From assembly GCA_964387865.1 (NCBI GenBank), contig CAYLXC010000004.1:1-57441 (forward strand): a stretch of DNA of 57,441 nucleotides, given 5' to 3'. Shown here in pieces: positions 9,321 to 16,695 of this stretch. The stretch's first letter is position 1, and each line of letters opens with the position of its first letter. This DNA is from an uncultured Gammaproteobacteria bacterium. Its GTDB lineage: Bacteria; Patescibacteriota; Microgenomatia; Daviesbacterales; UBA10151. Made by a program: the position numbers and the translations under genes. The notes below the pieces were generated by a model. That model did not search any database, was not told the DNA's origin, and worked only from the letters and a program-made list of their open reading frames with translations.

Positions 9321-9362
9321 GGAGAGCGCCATGATACCATTTCATCACATCCCTAAGTTTTA

Positions 9363-9384
9363 CCATGTACCGCATGGTACATGG
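9363..9384. repeat. inverted repeat hairpin
   Basis: CCATGTACC-GCAT-GGTACATGG (9-bp arms). Confidence 0.85.
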
Positions 9385-9440
9385 CCTTACAATTTTACCC
9401 TATGAATGAATTTGCCGCAAATTGGCTCAAGTGGTAAAAT

Positions 9441-10646
9441 ATGCAAACCATGGCCCAACAGGAAATAGAGCTGCCCTGGCAAGCTGGAGGTGTTGTTTCC
9501 CCTAAAGAAGGTGAGAAGTTTGAGCCTTTTAAAGTTGCTCATCTAATATATCCAACACAAACAGAGTGGGATATTTTAGTTTGGAATGCAATAAATCGTA
9601 AACCATTGCAAACTGGGCAACTCCCTTTGCCAGAACAATTTGACGAACAGACAGAAAATGCTGTTAATTTGGATTTTATTAGAGTAGTTGTTGATGAGAA
9701 AGGAAATGTTCACTGGAGATATGGCCACAATATTAGGACAGAAGGAAGGTTGGTTTGGGATCTTAGACACCACGGTGGTAGATCAGGAATACCTACACTA
9801 GATGTTCCAATTAATCAGGCTGATAGAATTTTTGATAGAATTTTGGGTTTTCTCAAAGATGAAAGAACACCACAGAAACTTGAAGAAGAAAAAGCATCAC
9901 TAGAAGATGATAGTGAGACTACCCTAGTAACACCAGCGCTTACTTTCAGTGCTGCCATTGTTGGTTTAAGGGCAGCATCTTCTGTTGCAGAGGTTCCAGG
10001 TGAGCAAGCAAGAATCAGACATTATCTGGCATTGGTTGAAGAGGTTGTGAAGGGGCAAACTATTCCTACCACAACACCAAGATTAGAAGTAATGATTAAT
10101 AGAAGGCTCGATGCACTAAGAAGACAATTAGCTCATAAGCAAGCGCCGTCCCTGCAATTAGCTAGAGAAAATCTTGAGTTTTTCCTAAGTGAAAGAGATA
10201 GCCCAAATGCTTTGGACATATTAGTAGAAGTCCAACATGATTTTTTTGACAGATTAAGGTCGTTAAGTAATATCACATTAAGAATAGCAGCAAGACAAAT
10301 TGCTATGAGAAAGTTCAGAAATAATCAAGAAGATCTAATAGGTGAGGTGTATTTGAAAGTTATTGATTTTATCCATGATTGGAATAACATAGGTTGGAGT
10401 GAAGAGCAAGTTAAAATAAGAGGTAGGGATTTAAGTCATAGTAGAACTGCAACCAATCTAGCACAAGTGGTTGTCCAACCCTATAAAGCCCGAGCTGAAA
10501 GAGTTATGCGACTATTACGTCTTGATAATACCATAGAAAGTGAGGATTTTCTAAGACTTGCTAGGACGCTACAAGATGCTGCTTTGGAATTGCACGCTGC
10601 TGAAAGATATACTAAAAGAAGGAAATATGGTGAGGTTTTAATCTAA
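9441..10646 (+). CDS. hypothetical protein (helical C-terminal half)
   Basis: 401 aa ORF; no secure family. Confidence 0.75.
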   Translation: MQTMAQQEIELPWQAGGVVSPKEGEKFEPFKVAHLIYPTQTEWDILVWNAINRKPLQTGQLPLPEQFDEQTENAVNLDFIRVVVDEKGNVHWRYGHNIRTEGRLVWDLRHHGGRSGIPTLDVPINQADRIFDRILGFLKDERTPQKLEEEKASLEDDSETTLVTPALTFSAAIVGLRAASSVAEVPGEQARIRHYLALVEEVVKGQTIPTTTPRLEVMINRRLDALRRQLAHKQAPSLQLARENLEFFLSERDSPNALDILVEVQHDFFDRLRSLSNITLRIAARQIAMRKFRNNQEDLIGEVYLKVIDFIHDWNNIGWSEEQVKIRGRDLSHSRTATNLAQVVVQPYKARAERVMRLLRLDNTIESEDFLRLARTLQDAALELHAAERYTKRRKYGEVLI

Positions 10647-10811
10647 CTTTGTGGTTTCAGAATGTTCACTACTTTTTCTGCAGTGTTTACAAAATTTACT
10701 CAAAGTAAGCTTTTCTTTTATATTTATCGTGTTTTTTGAGCTTGTGTAATTTCTGTTTTTACAAACAGAACAAACTAAGCCTATTAAAATTCTATTTCCT
10801 TTTTTAGCCAT
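10638..10811 (-). CDS. rpmG: 50S ribosomal protein L33 (zinc-binding C+ form)
   Basis: Not in the ORF track. Translates MAKKGNRILIGLVCSVCKNRNYTSSKNTINIKEKLTLSKFCKHCRKSSEHSETTKLD*, with CxxC...NY...KN...KFCxxC. Confidence 0.95.
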   Translation of the reverse strand: MAKKGNRILIGLVCSVCKNRNYTSSKNTINIKEKLTLSKFCKHCRKSSEHSETTKLD

Positions 10812-10868
10812 AAGATGGGATTATACACTATATTATTGAGTCTAGCAAAATGATAAAATATAGAGCGT

Positions 10869-10939
10869 GCCTCCTTAGCTTAGTGGTAAAGCAGCGGTTT
10901 TGTAAACCGTCGACAACAGTTCGATTCTGTTAGGAGGCT
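10869..10939 (+). tRNA. trnT: tRNA-Thr (TGT)
   Basis: GCCTCCT/AGGAGGC acceptor stem, anticodon arm GCGGT-TT-TGT-AA-ACCGT, GTTCGATTC T-loop. Confidence 0.95.
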
Positions 10940-10947
10940 CATATTTT

Positions 10948-11019
10948 GCCGATGTGGCTCAGTGGCAGAGCACGTTCTTGGTAAGAACGGGGTCACGGGT
11001 TCGATTCCCGTCATCGGCT
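10948..11019 (+). tRNA. trnT: tRNA-Thr (GGT)
   Basis: GCCGATG/CATCGGC acceptor stem, anticodon arm CGTTC-TT-GGT-AA-GAACG, GGTTCGATTCC T-arm. Confidence 0.95.
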
Positions 11020-11038
11020 CAACAAAAATAATAATTTC

Positions 11039-11192
11039 TCCCTACTATAGTCGTTAGCCAAATTTCTTCCTCAGGAAACTGAGGTGGGTGTTCTGTGTCC
11101 CGTACCGTACGGTACAGGGCAACTTCCAAACTCCCGTATGTTAACAAAACAGTGAAGAAAAATATTTTGGCTTTAAACGTGCAATGTAGGGA
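11039..11192 (-). ncRNA. ssrS: probable 6S RNA
   Basis: Rod-like fold traced by eye: closing stem UCCCUAC/GUAGGGA, CGUU/AACG, AGCCAAA/UUUGGCU, UUUCUUC/GAAGAAA; central bubble with a 3' hairpin CCUCAG/CUGAGG; terminal stem GGGAGUUU/GAACACCC and GUACC/GGUAC. AGCCAAAAUAUUU and GACAC..CACCU recall E. coli 6S motifs. Dedicated upstream promoter. Confidence 0.55.
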
Positions 11193-11266
11193 TGCTTTCA
11201 AGGAAGTTAGACTTCCCCTGGGCAGCTCCTTCAGGCCATCTACTTAATGTCCTTTAGGATAATTTT

Positions 11267-11295
11267 ATCCTAGTACTAAAACTGGGATTTGTCAA
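11267..11295 (-). promoter_or_regulatory. sigma70 promoter driving the structured RNA
   Basis: Minus-strand TTGACA (11295-11290), 17 nt, TAGGAT (11272-11267); no ORF downstream. Confidence 0.65.
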
Positions 11296-11331
11296 GTCGC
11301 CCAAATCTTGTTAACCGAATGGGTCGAAGGA

Positions 11332-11970
11332 CTAGAACCCTAAGAGTTTACTTCCTATTCCAACAAAAAAGCCTAAAATAGTTTGAAGTAGAGAGCTTTT
11401 GCCAAAAGGAATCATAAGTAAAATTAAAAGAATCAAAATTCCATAAGGTTCAAGCCGCTGATATGATTTGGCCAAATTATAGGGGAGTTGGGACAAAAGA
11501 ATTTTGGATCCGTCCAAAGGCGGGATGGGAAAAAGATTAAAAATTCCCAAAACCAAATTAATCATGGCTGTAAAATGCAAAAGAGAACCAATAAGAGAAG
11601 GAAAAAGAATAGGTATCGCATCAAGAATCTGAAAAGTGATGGCAGCTGCAATAGCAAGTCCGAAATTTGAAAGTATTCCTGCTGCTGAAACTGCAAACTC
11701 CCCCCTCTTTATATTGGAAAAATTCAAGGGATTTACAGGAACTGGTTTGGCCCAGCCAAAAAGGATTGGGGAGCCGGTGATAATTAAAAGGCCTGGAAGC
11801 AAAATTGTTCCAAAAAGATCAATATGGGGAATAGGATTTAACGTTAACCTTCCAGCCTTTTGTGCAGTATGATCTCCGAATCTTAAGGCTACAAATCCAT
11901 GCATGACCTCGTGTAGGATAACTGAAAAAAGGAGTATTACTATAGATAAAGCTAGAAATTCAGGGTTCAT
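11332..11970 (-). CDS. site-2 protease, peptidase M50 family
   Basis: HEVMHG zinc motif, LTLNPIPHID, FGWAKPVPVNP, NLFPIPPLDG; ATG 11970 preferred over 12000. Confidence 0.93.
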   Translation of the reverse strand: MNPEFLALSIVILLFSVILHEVMHGFVALRFGDHTAQKAGRLTLNPIPHIDLFGTILLPGLLIITGSPILFGWAKPVPVNPLNFSNIKRGEFAVSAAGILSNFGLAIAAAITFQILDAIPILFPSLIGSLLHFTAMINLVLGIFNLFPIPPLDGSKILLSQLPYNLAKSYQRLEPYGILILLILLMIPFGKSSLLQTILGFFVGIGSKLLGF

Positions 11971-12095
11971 AGTACAATAGTTTATACGATAGTTACCCAA
12001 TTGTCATTAGGCTGTTTTTGGGTATATCTACCCTACTTTTGGCACTGGCACAAAAAAGCAAATCTCTTTTTACATCATTATGCTATAATGAGCTT

Positions 12096-13202
12096 ATGAG
12101 TGGGGAAAGGCCTGACCCTGATTTATCTAGTCAACCAGACACAGTTTACGTCCCTCGGAACCGTGCAGAGCGTCTGCACAAATCACCTGCCATTACCACC
12201 TCTGGAAACGTACGTGAACTTCGAGTTCCAAGATTGCGGAGAAAAGACCTTGAATACGGCAATGCCGTTGAAGTTATGGATAGTCTTGTTGATATTGCCC
12301 GGCAAGCAGGAGAAGAGATACTAAGCAGCAAAGTTGTTATTCGTGATGAAGGCACTGTTTCCGGTCATGAAACCTCAAGTATTGATTCAGTTGCCAGAAA
12401 CATTGTTGATAATCTTTTGAATGAAAAGCTCCCGCATATTGATGGCGTGAGACGATTTGAACTACATCCTTATGAACGACGATTATTGATGGCGGCGGAG
12501 CGTGGAACACTAAGAGGATTTTTTATCATCGATGAAATAGACGGAACTACCAATACGAAAAGGGCTATGGCATCACCTTTTCGCTATCGGCCACAAGCAG
12601 GTGTATCAATTGCATTTTCTCCAACAGAGCAAATGGGAGATATACAAACAGTAGCGCTTTATTTGCTTAATGATCAAGAAACATTTTCTGCGCTTCGAAT
12701 TGGCGATAGGTACCAGGCGTTTCATGAAGGACGTCTTATACGGCCAACAGAGATTGAAGCAACGCCGGGAGATTCCGCACAGAGAGTGTTGGTTGTAGGG
12801 TATTCAAATTCCCATCGATTAGAAAAGGCAGAGATTGAAGATGTGCTTGTCCGAGAAAGGGGAATAAGACCGTACGATGGTACTCGCTCAAGTTCTGTTG
12901 ATATTATAAATGTGATACGTGGTCAGTATGATGCATATATAGATTTACGTGCGCTTTGGGGAGGAGATACAAGAACCGAAGCTCGGCTTGAAGCGTATGA
13001 TGTTGCTGCAGCAATCCCCATTGCATTAGGTGCTGGTCTTACTGCTTCAGATGGTTTTGGGGATTCTTGGAAAAAGTATAATGGGATGTTACCTCTTACC
13101 CTCGTTGTTGCAAGACCAAAACTTCATAGCAAGATTCTTGAGACCATTAGCCCCGTGGTTGCACGTCAGAATGGAGTACAAGTATGGCCCCAGAGCAATT
13201 AA
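12096..13202 (+). CDS. inositol monophosphatase / FIG-superfamily phosphatase
   Basis: IIDEIDGTTN (cf. IDPIDGT), RLEAYDVAAAIPIALGAGLTASDG (cf. WDxAAG..I..EAGG..TD); extended -10 TGcTATAAT upstream supports start 12096. Confidence 0.8.
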   Translation: MSGERPDPDLSSQPDTVYVPRNRAERLHKSPAITTSGNVRELRVPRLRRKDLEYGNAVEVMDSLVDIARQAGEEILSSKVVIRDEGTVSGHETSSIDSVARNIVDNLLNEKLPHIDGVRRFELHPYERRLLMAAERGTLRGFFIIDEIDGTTNTKRAMASPFRYRPQAGVSIAFSPTEQMGDIQTVALYLLNDQETFSALRIGDRYQAFHEGRLIRPTEIEATPGDSAQRVLVVGYSNSHRLEKAEIEDVLVRERGIRPYDGTRSSSVDIINVIRGQYDAYIDLRALWGGDTRTEARLEAYDVAAAIPIALGAGLTASDGFGDSWKKYNGMLPLTLVVARPKLHSKILETISPVVARQNGVQVWPQSN

Positions 13203-13217
13203 GGAAAAGTAATATCT

Positions 13218-13760
13218 ATGCAAGCAAATAGTCCTGAACAACGTCCACTGGATCCTCGAATTGAGCAGTATCTGCTACCAGAAGCTGAGCTTAGGGAAAA
13301 ACTGAAAGCAACCAATGCATTAATTAGTGATCAAGAACTGGAAATACTTAAAGGCAGATCAATAATCAGGACTTCTGTCTTGGAAACTGTTGCTCCTTAC
13401 CATAATTTAAGTCAAAGAAGGTCAGGCGTTCGACCATATGTATTCAGACTACATGACGTAGGTGTTTATACGAATGATGTTACAAGGCAAAAATATTTGA
13501 TTTATTTATTAGATACTCACGGTTATAAGCACTTTACTCGGATGAGATGGAATGTTGAGGATGGACTTCTAGAGATGACTATTCAGAGTATCCAATATTC
13601 AGAACCTATAGCAGCGCAAGAAGCAACCATATATCCATTTATGACTATTTGGAGATTTGAAAATCCGGGTCTGTTTTTAGAAAAGGGTGGTAACTATAAA
13701 GGCGATGACTTTATTCAAGCGCTTCCTTTATTGCATTCATTTGCTGATTTGAAATTATAA
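13218..13760 (+). CDS. hypothetical protein
   Basis: 180 aa ORF 15 nt downstream of the IMPase gene. Confidence 0.65.
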   Translation: MQANSPEQRPLDPRIEQYLLPEAELREKLKATNALISDQELEILKGRSIIRTSVLETVAPYHNLSQRRSGVRPYVFRLHDVGVYTNDVTRQKYLIYLLDTHGYKHFTRMRWNVEDGLLEMTIQSIQYSEPIAAQEATIYPFMTIWRFENPGLFLEKGGNYKGDDFIQALPLLHSFADLKL

Positions 13761-13849
13761 AATACCTGACTATACCTGACTATATAGGAATAATCAGCTC
13801 CACAAATTTAGTGAAATGGCTCTAAACGACACCCAGTATTGGTGGGTTG

Positions 13850-13909
13850 ATCAGTCCTATCGTTGCGGCACGCAGTAGCAAACAACAGGCATGGCCACAG
13901 AGTAATTAA
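13850..13909 (+). pseudogene. 3'-terminal remnant of an IMPase-like gene
   Basis: Translates ISPIVAARSSKQQAWPQSN*, matching the C-terminus ISPVVARQNGVQVWPQSN* of 12096-13202 including the stop. Confidence 0.7.
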
Positions 13910-14186
13910 GAATTTATTGCTATTGAAATTAAATTTGCAACGTATCATGCCAAAGTTTGGTGGGAAGGAAACGAAGAACCAGAATCATACGGAGCTTTGT
14001 TTAGCTCTTTCACCTTCGGTGAAAGAATCGGTCGAGTACTAAGAACTATAGATGAAGTAATTGTTGATGATAGGAACGTGTTACCCAATATATCTAATTA
14101 CCAGGAAATGCTTCGTAACTCGAGTACCCAGTAACCCTCAAAAGTCCGTGTTGTGTAATTGTGATGTTTGTGCTAGACTTTTGCAT

Positions 14187-14444
14187 ATGTTAGTATGCTC
14201 AAGATGTGGAAAAGGAAAAAATATAATTGCCTTCTCAAGGCATAAAAAAGGTTCATCCGGAGCCGGAGGGGTATGGGCTCTTCGTGCCCCAATTCACAAA
14301 AGATTTCAAAAAGTGAACTTACATGTATATATGGGTAAAAAATACTGTACAAAATGCTTAAGAGTGGTTAAGAAACCTTTTGTTAAGCCTACTGCTACTG
14401 GTACTACTATTGAGGTTGTGGAACAGCCAATCCAAACTGTTTGA
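14187..14444 (+). CDS. rpmB: 50S ribosomal protein L28 (zinc-binding form)
   Basis: MLVCSRCGKG...SRH...RFQKVNLH...YCTKCLR; true start ATG 14187 inside ORF 14061-14444. Confidence 0.85.
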   Translation: MLVCSRCGKGKNIIAFSRHKKGSSGAGGVWALRAPIHKRFQKVNLHVYMGKKYCTKCLRVVKKPFVKPTATGTTIEVVEQPIQTV

Positions 14445-14448
14445 ACTT

Positions 14449-15843
14449 TTAAGCGGCATATTTTACATCAAACTCATCATGTGGAAGAATCTCTAGGAGA
14501 AAGATGGTGTTAGGGTCTACCCTTTTGTCAAGATAAAAAACAACCCTTAATCTACCTGATTCTGGATGCTCGAGATCTTTAAATCTTAAGTCAGGTCTAA
14601 AACGTCTTAAAGGTACCCGGCTGTATGCGTAAGCGGCGGAAATTTCCTTACCAGTTAGCTTAGCCACGCCTATGCCAAATGGATCCTTAATCAAGCCTTG
14701 TACAATAGTTTCAACATCTTTTCGCATTCTCAGATCATTGGATGCAAATCTGTTTGCATTTTTTTCCATAAAACTGCTTAATTGCTCTTCAGTAGGTATT
14801 ATACCTCCATGGAAAGCAAGCTTATAGGCAGGTCTTTCCGGGCTAATTTGAACTTCTCCAATTTTATCATTTTTGATTCTAGTAACCATTGTCCTACTTC
14901 CACGCTTTCGGGCTTCCACAGAGGTGCTAAATCCTAAAATTGTAGTTGGAACTTTCGGTGGCTGAAAAGCTGAAAGAAGAAGCCGTGCTTTACGTGAATC
15001 TGTCACAACCCGTTGTTGAAAATACTCTTTAAAAATATTTTTCAAGTCTGTTGGGAACGGAGCGCCTGCTTTTATTTTGTTAACTATTCCAGATGAGTCG
15101 ATACTTAAAGAAGGAAATGATGTAAGTTCCAACCATTGCAGAATGTTATGGTTGCGGTAGGACGAACCACTTTTTTCAACCAAATCCGCTATAAACTCAT
15201 CAAAAAGCGCTTCTGGGATAGATTCAACAGTATTATCAATCAGTTTGCTTATAGATACATCAAATACTTTGTCACCTCGCGACTGAAGTGATTGCAAAAA
15301 TGGCCTAGTTTGGCTTCTGAGGGTATCGAACTCCTCATCTTCCAAAAAAAAAGCAAATTCCGAAAAACTTGATGATGAATCCTGCATAAAATATCCCCAT
15401 CTTTCTATAAGCCCTTGACCCAAAGTCATCCTTTCTTCAAACATGGGCCCCATGGCTCTTCTAAAATCATTTCCATAATCAGTGAGCCTATTTGTTTGTT
15501 CTTCTATAGGGCGTTTAATGCGAATAGGGAGTTTGTTGAACTGTCTCATAACGGCATTTGCCACCTTTTGTCTTTCAGTATTTCCGTAAGTCATAATCCT
15601 GAATCTTTGCAAAAGCTGCTCATAAGCTTTAGGTGATCTTATATCATGTTGAAGACCGACCTCATCCAGTTTATCCGCAAGATCATGAAGAAATTGCTCA
15701 ATTGCTCCTGAATCTTGCCATGCAGATCTTTCAAAATCAATTTCCTCTTCGATTTCATTTAGTCTTTCAAGATCAAGCCGTTGAGGTAGAATAAAACCTG
15801 ATACAAATTTATTGCTGACTGGTGTATCTGCTAAAGTTTCCAT
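14449..15843 (-). CDS. large hypothetical protein with a RelE/ParE-like C-terminal segment
   Basis: 464 aa ORF; last ~90 aa DPFGIGVAKLTG...RRFRP...GRLRVVFY...IFLLEILPHDEF. Confidence 0.65.
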   Translation of the reverse strand: METLADTPVSNKFVSGFILPQRLDLERLNEIEEEIDFERSAWQDSGAIEQFLHDLADKLDEVGLQHDIRSPKAYEQLLQRFRIMTYGNTERQKVANAVMRQFNKLPIRIKRPIEEQTNRLTDYGNDFRRAMGPMFEERMTLGQGLIERWGYFMQDSSSSFSEFAFFLEDEEFDTLRSQTRPFLQSLQSRGDKVFDVSISKLIDNTVESIPEALFDEFIADLVEKSGSSYRNHNILQWLELTSFPSLSIDSSGIVNKIKAGAPFPTDLKNIFKEYFQQRVVTDSRKARLLLSAFQPPKVPTTILGFSTSVEARKRGSRTMVTRIKNDKIGEVQISPERPAYKLAFHGGIIPTEEQLSSFMEKNANRFASNDLRMRKDVETIVQGLIKDPFGIGVAKLTGKEISAAYAYSRVPLRRFRPDLRFKDLEHPESGRLRVVFYLDKRVDPNTIFLLEILPHDEFDVKYAA

Positions 15844-15879
15844 AAAACGAATTTATTTTAAGATATGAGTATTGAAATT

Positions 15880-16620
15880 TCAACTTCTGTATGAGAGTTT
15901 TATAGGAAAATCTGGGTAGCCGTTTAGGAAATCTTTAAAAGATATTGGTTTTTTGCCTTCCATTTGGACTACGAATTTCATAGATCCTGAATCAAGTTCA
16001 GGATGACTGGAAGAGGGTAGAAACTTAACAATTTTAACACCCCATCTGGTCCAAACCCCCGGCCATGGATAATATGCCCTTATCATTCTATCCAGCTTCT
16101 CTTTAGATGGGGGATTTTCAATAGGGAAGTACCCACTTTTTCTGGTTAACCGCTCGCAATGTGTGGCTTTATCATGGTTTTGTGGTATCTGGTTTGATTT
16201 TCCAGAAACAAAATCTTGAATAATTTTAGGCAAAATCTCTGCTGCACGTTGAAACATTTTTTTACTCAAAGTTTGAAAATTATCATCATCAGAAAGCTCT
16301 AAAGCCTCTTGATAAATTATTGGTCCATGATCAATTTTTTCATCCATTTTTATAATAGTTATTCCGGAAGTTTTATCCCCATTTAAAATAGCTGCTTGTA
16401 TTGGTGAGGGACCTCTGTATTTTGGTAAAAGTGAAGGGTGAACATTTATACAGCCAAATTTTGGTAAATTTAGCTCATATTTTGTTAAAATCCTGCCATA
16501 AGATGCAACAACTGCCAAGTCTGCATCATCAAGGGAGTCCACAATAGTGAAATGTTTTTCCAAGACCTCTCTAATGGGCCGAACATATGGTGGAGTTCCT
16601 AAAAAAATGATTTTATACAT
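15880..16620 (-). CDS. fmt: methionyl-tRNA formyltransferase
   Basis: IIFLGTP, VVASYGRIL, INVHPSLLPKYRGPSPIQ, MDEKIDHGPI. Confidence 0.95.
   Translation of the reverse strand: MYKIIFLGTPPYVRPIREVLEKHFTIVDSLDDADLAVVASYGRILTKYELNLPKFGCINVHPSLLPKYRGPSPIQAAILNGDKTSGITIIKMDEKIDHGPIIYQEALELSDDDNFQTLSKKMFQRAAEILPKIIQDFVSGKSNQIPQNHDKATHCERLTRKSGYFPIENPPSKEKLDRMIRAYYPWPGVWTRWGVKIVKFLPSSSHPELDSGSMKFVVQMEGKKPISFKDFLNGYPDFPIKLSYRS
15983..16007 (-). repeat. GTCAT-type REP-like palindrome inserted in frame in fmt
   Basis: Reverse complement GTCATCCTGAACTTGATTCAGGATC encodes SHPELDSGS. Confidence 0.8.
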
Positions 16621-16624
16621 AGTC

Positions 16625-16695
16625 GTCAGCTTTCAGCTATCAGTCTACAGACAAATCAGAGAAGTCTGAAAGCTGAAGACTGTCGACTGAAAGCT
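16625..16695. repeat. inverted pair of heptamer arrays
   Basis: GTCAGCT TTCAGCT ATCAGTC TACAGAC ... GTCTGAA AGCTGAA GACTGTC GACTGAA between def and fmt. Confidence 0.85.

Noticed and set aside
9281-9340. N-terminal extension of the GIY-YIG ORF (MVSWRSPSRPSRRAG)
   Set aside because: It is merely the translation of the 26-bp palindrome; the domain starts at MYFVY
11019-11201. 60-aa ORF on the minus strand
   Set aside because: It coincides with the structured RNA and has no recognisable protein features
11193-11245. Hammerhead ribozyme in the leader (CUGAAGG...GAAA)
   Set aside because: The core needs CUGAnGA and properly placed stems I-III; the match is incomplete
11039-11260. RNase P RNA, tmRNA or SRP RNA
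   Set aside because: GGGGAAGUCU and AAGAAAUUUGGCUAA loosely echo RNase P CR-I/CR-V, and UGCCCUGUACC echoes Bacillus SRP. However, P1, CR-II-IV, a tRNA-like end, a tag ORF and SRP helix 8 are absent, and the continuous rod fold fits 6S better. Only an Rfam scan can settle this.
13850-14134. Stop-codon read-through or alternative genetic code joining the in-frame remnants
   Set aside because: The stops involved are TAA/TAG, and core genes end normally at TGA, TAA and TAG (e.g. topA and dprA at TGA), so code 11 applies
14061-14186. Cys-rich N-terminal extension of L28 in the ORF track
   Set aside because: The extension overlaps the remnant frame and promoter region; L28 homology starts at ATG 14187
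4170-16000. Prophage or integrative element in the accessory zone
   Set aside because: No integrase, terminase, capsid, relaxase or transposase motifs were recognised
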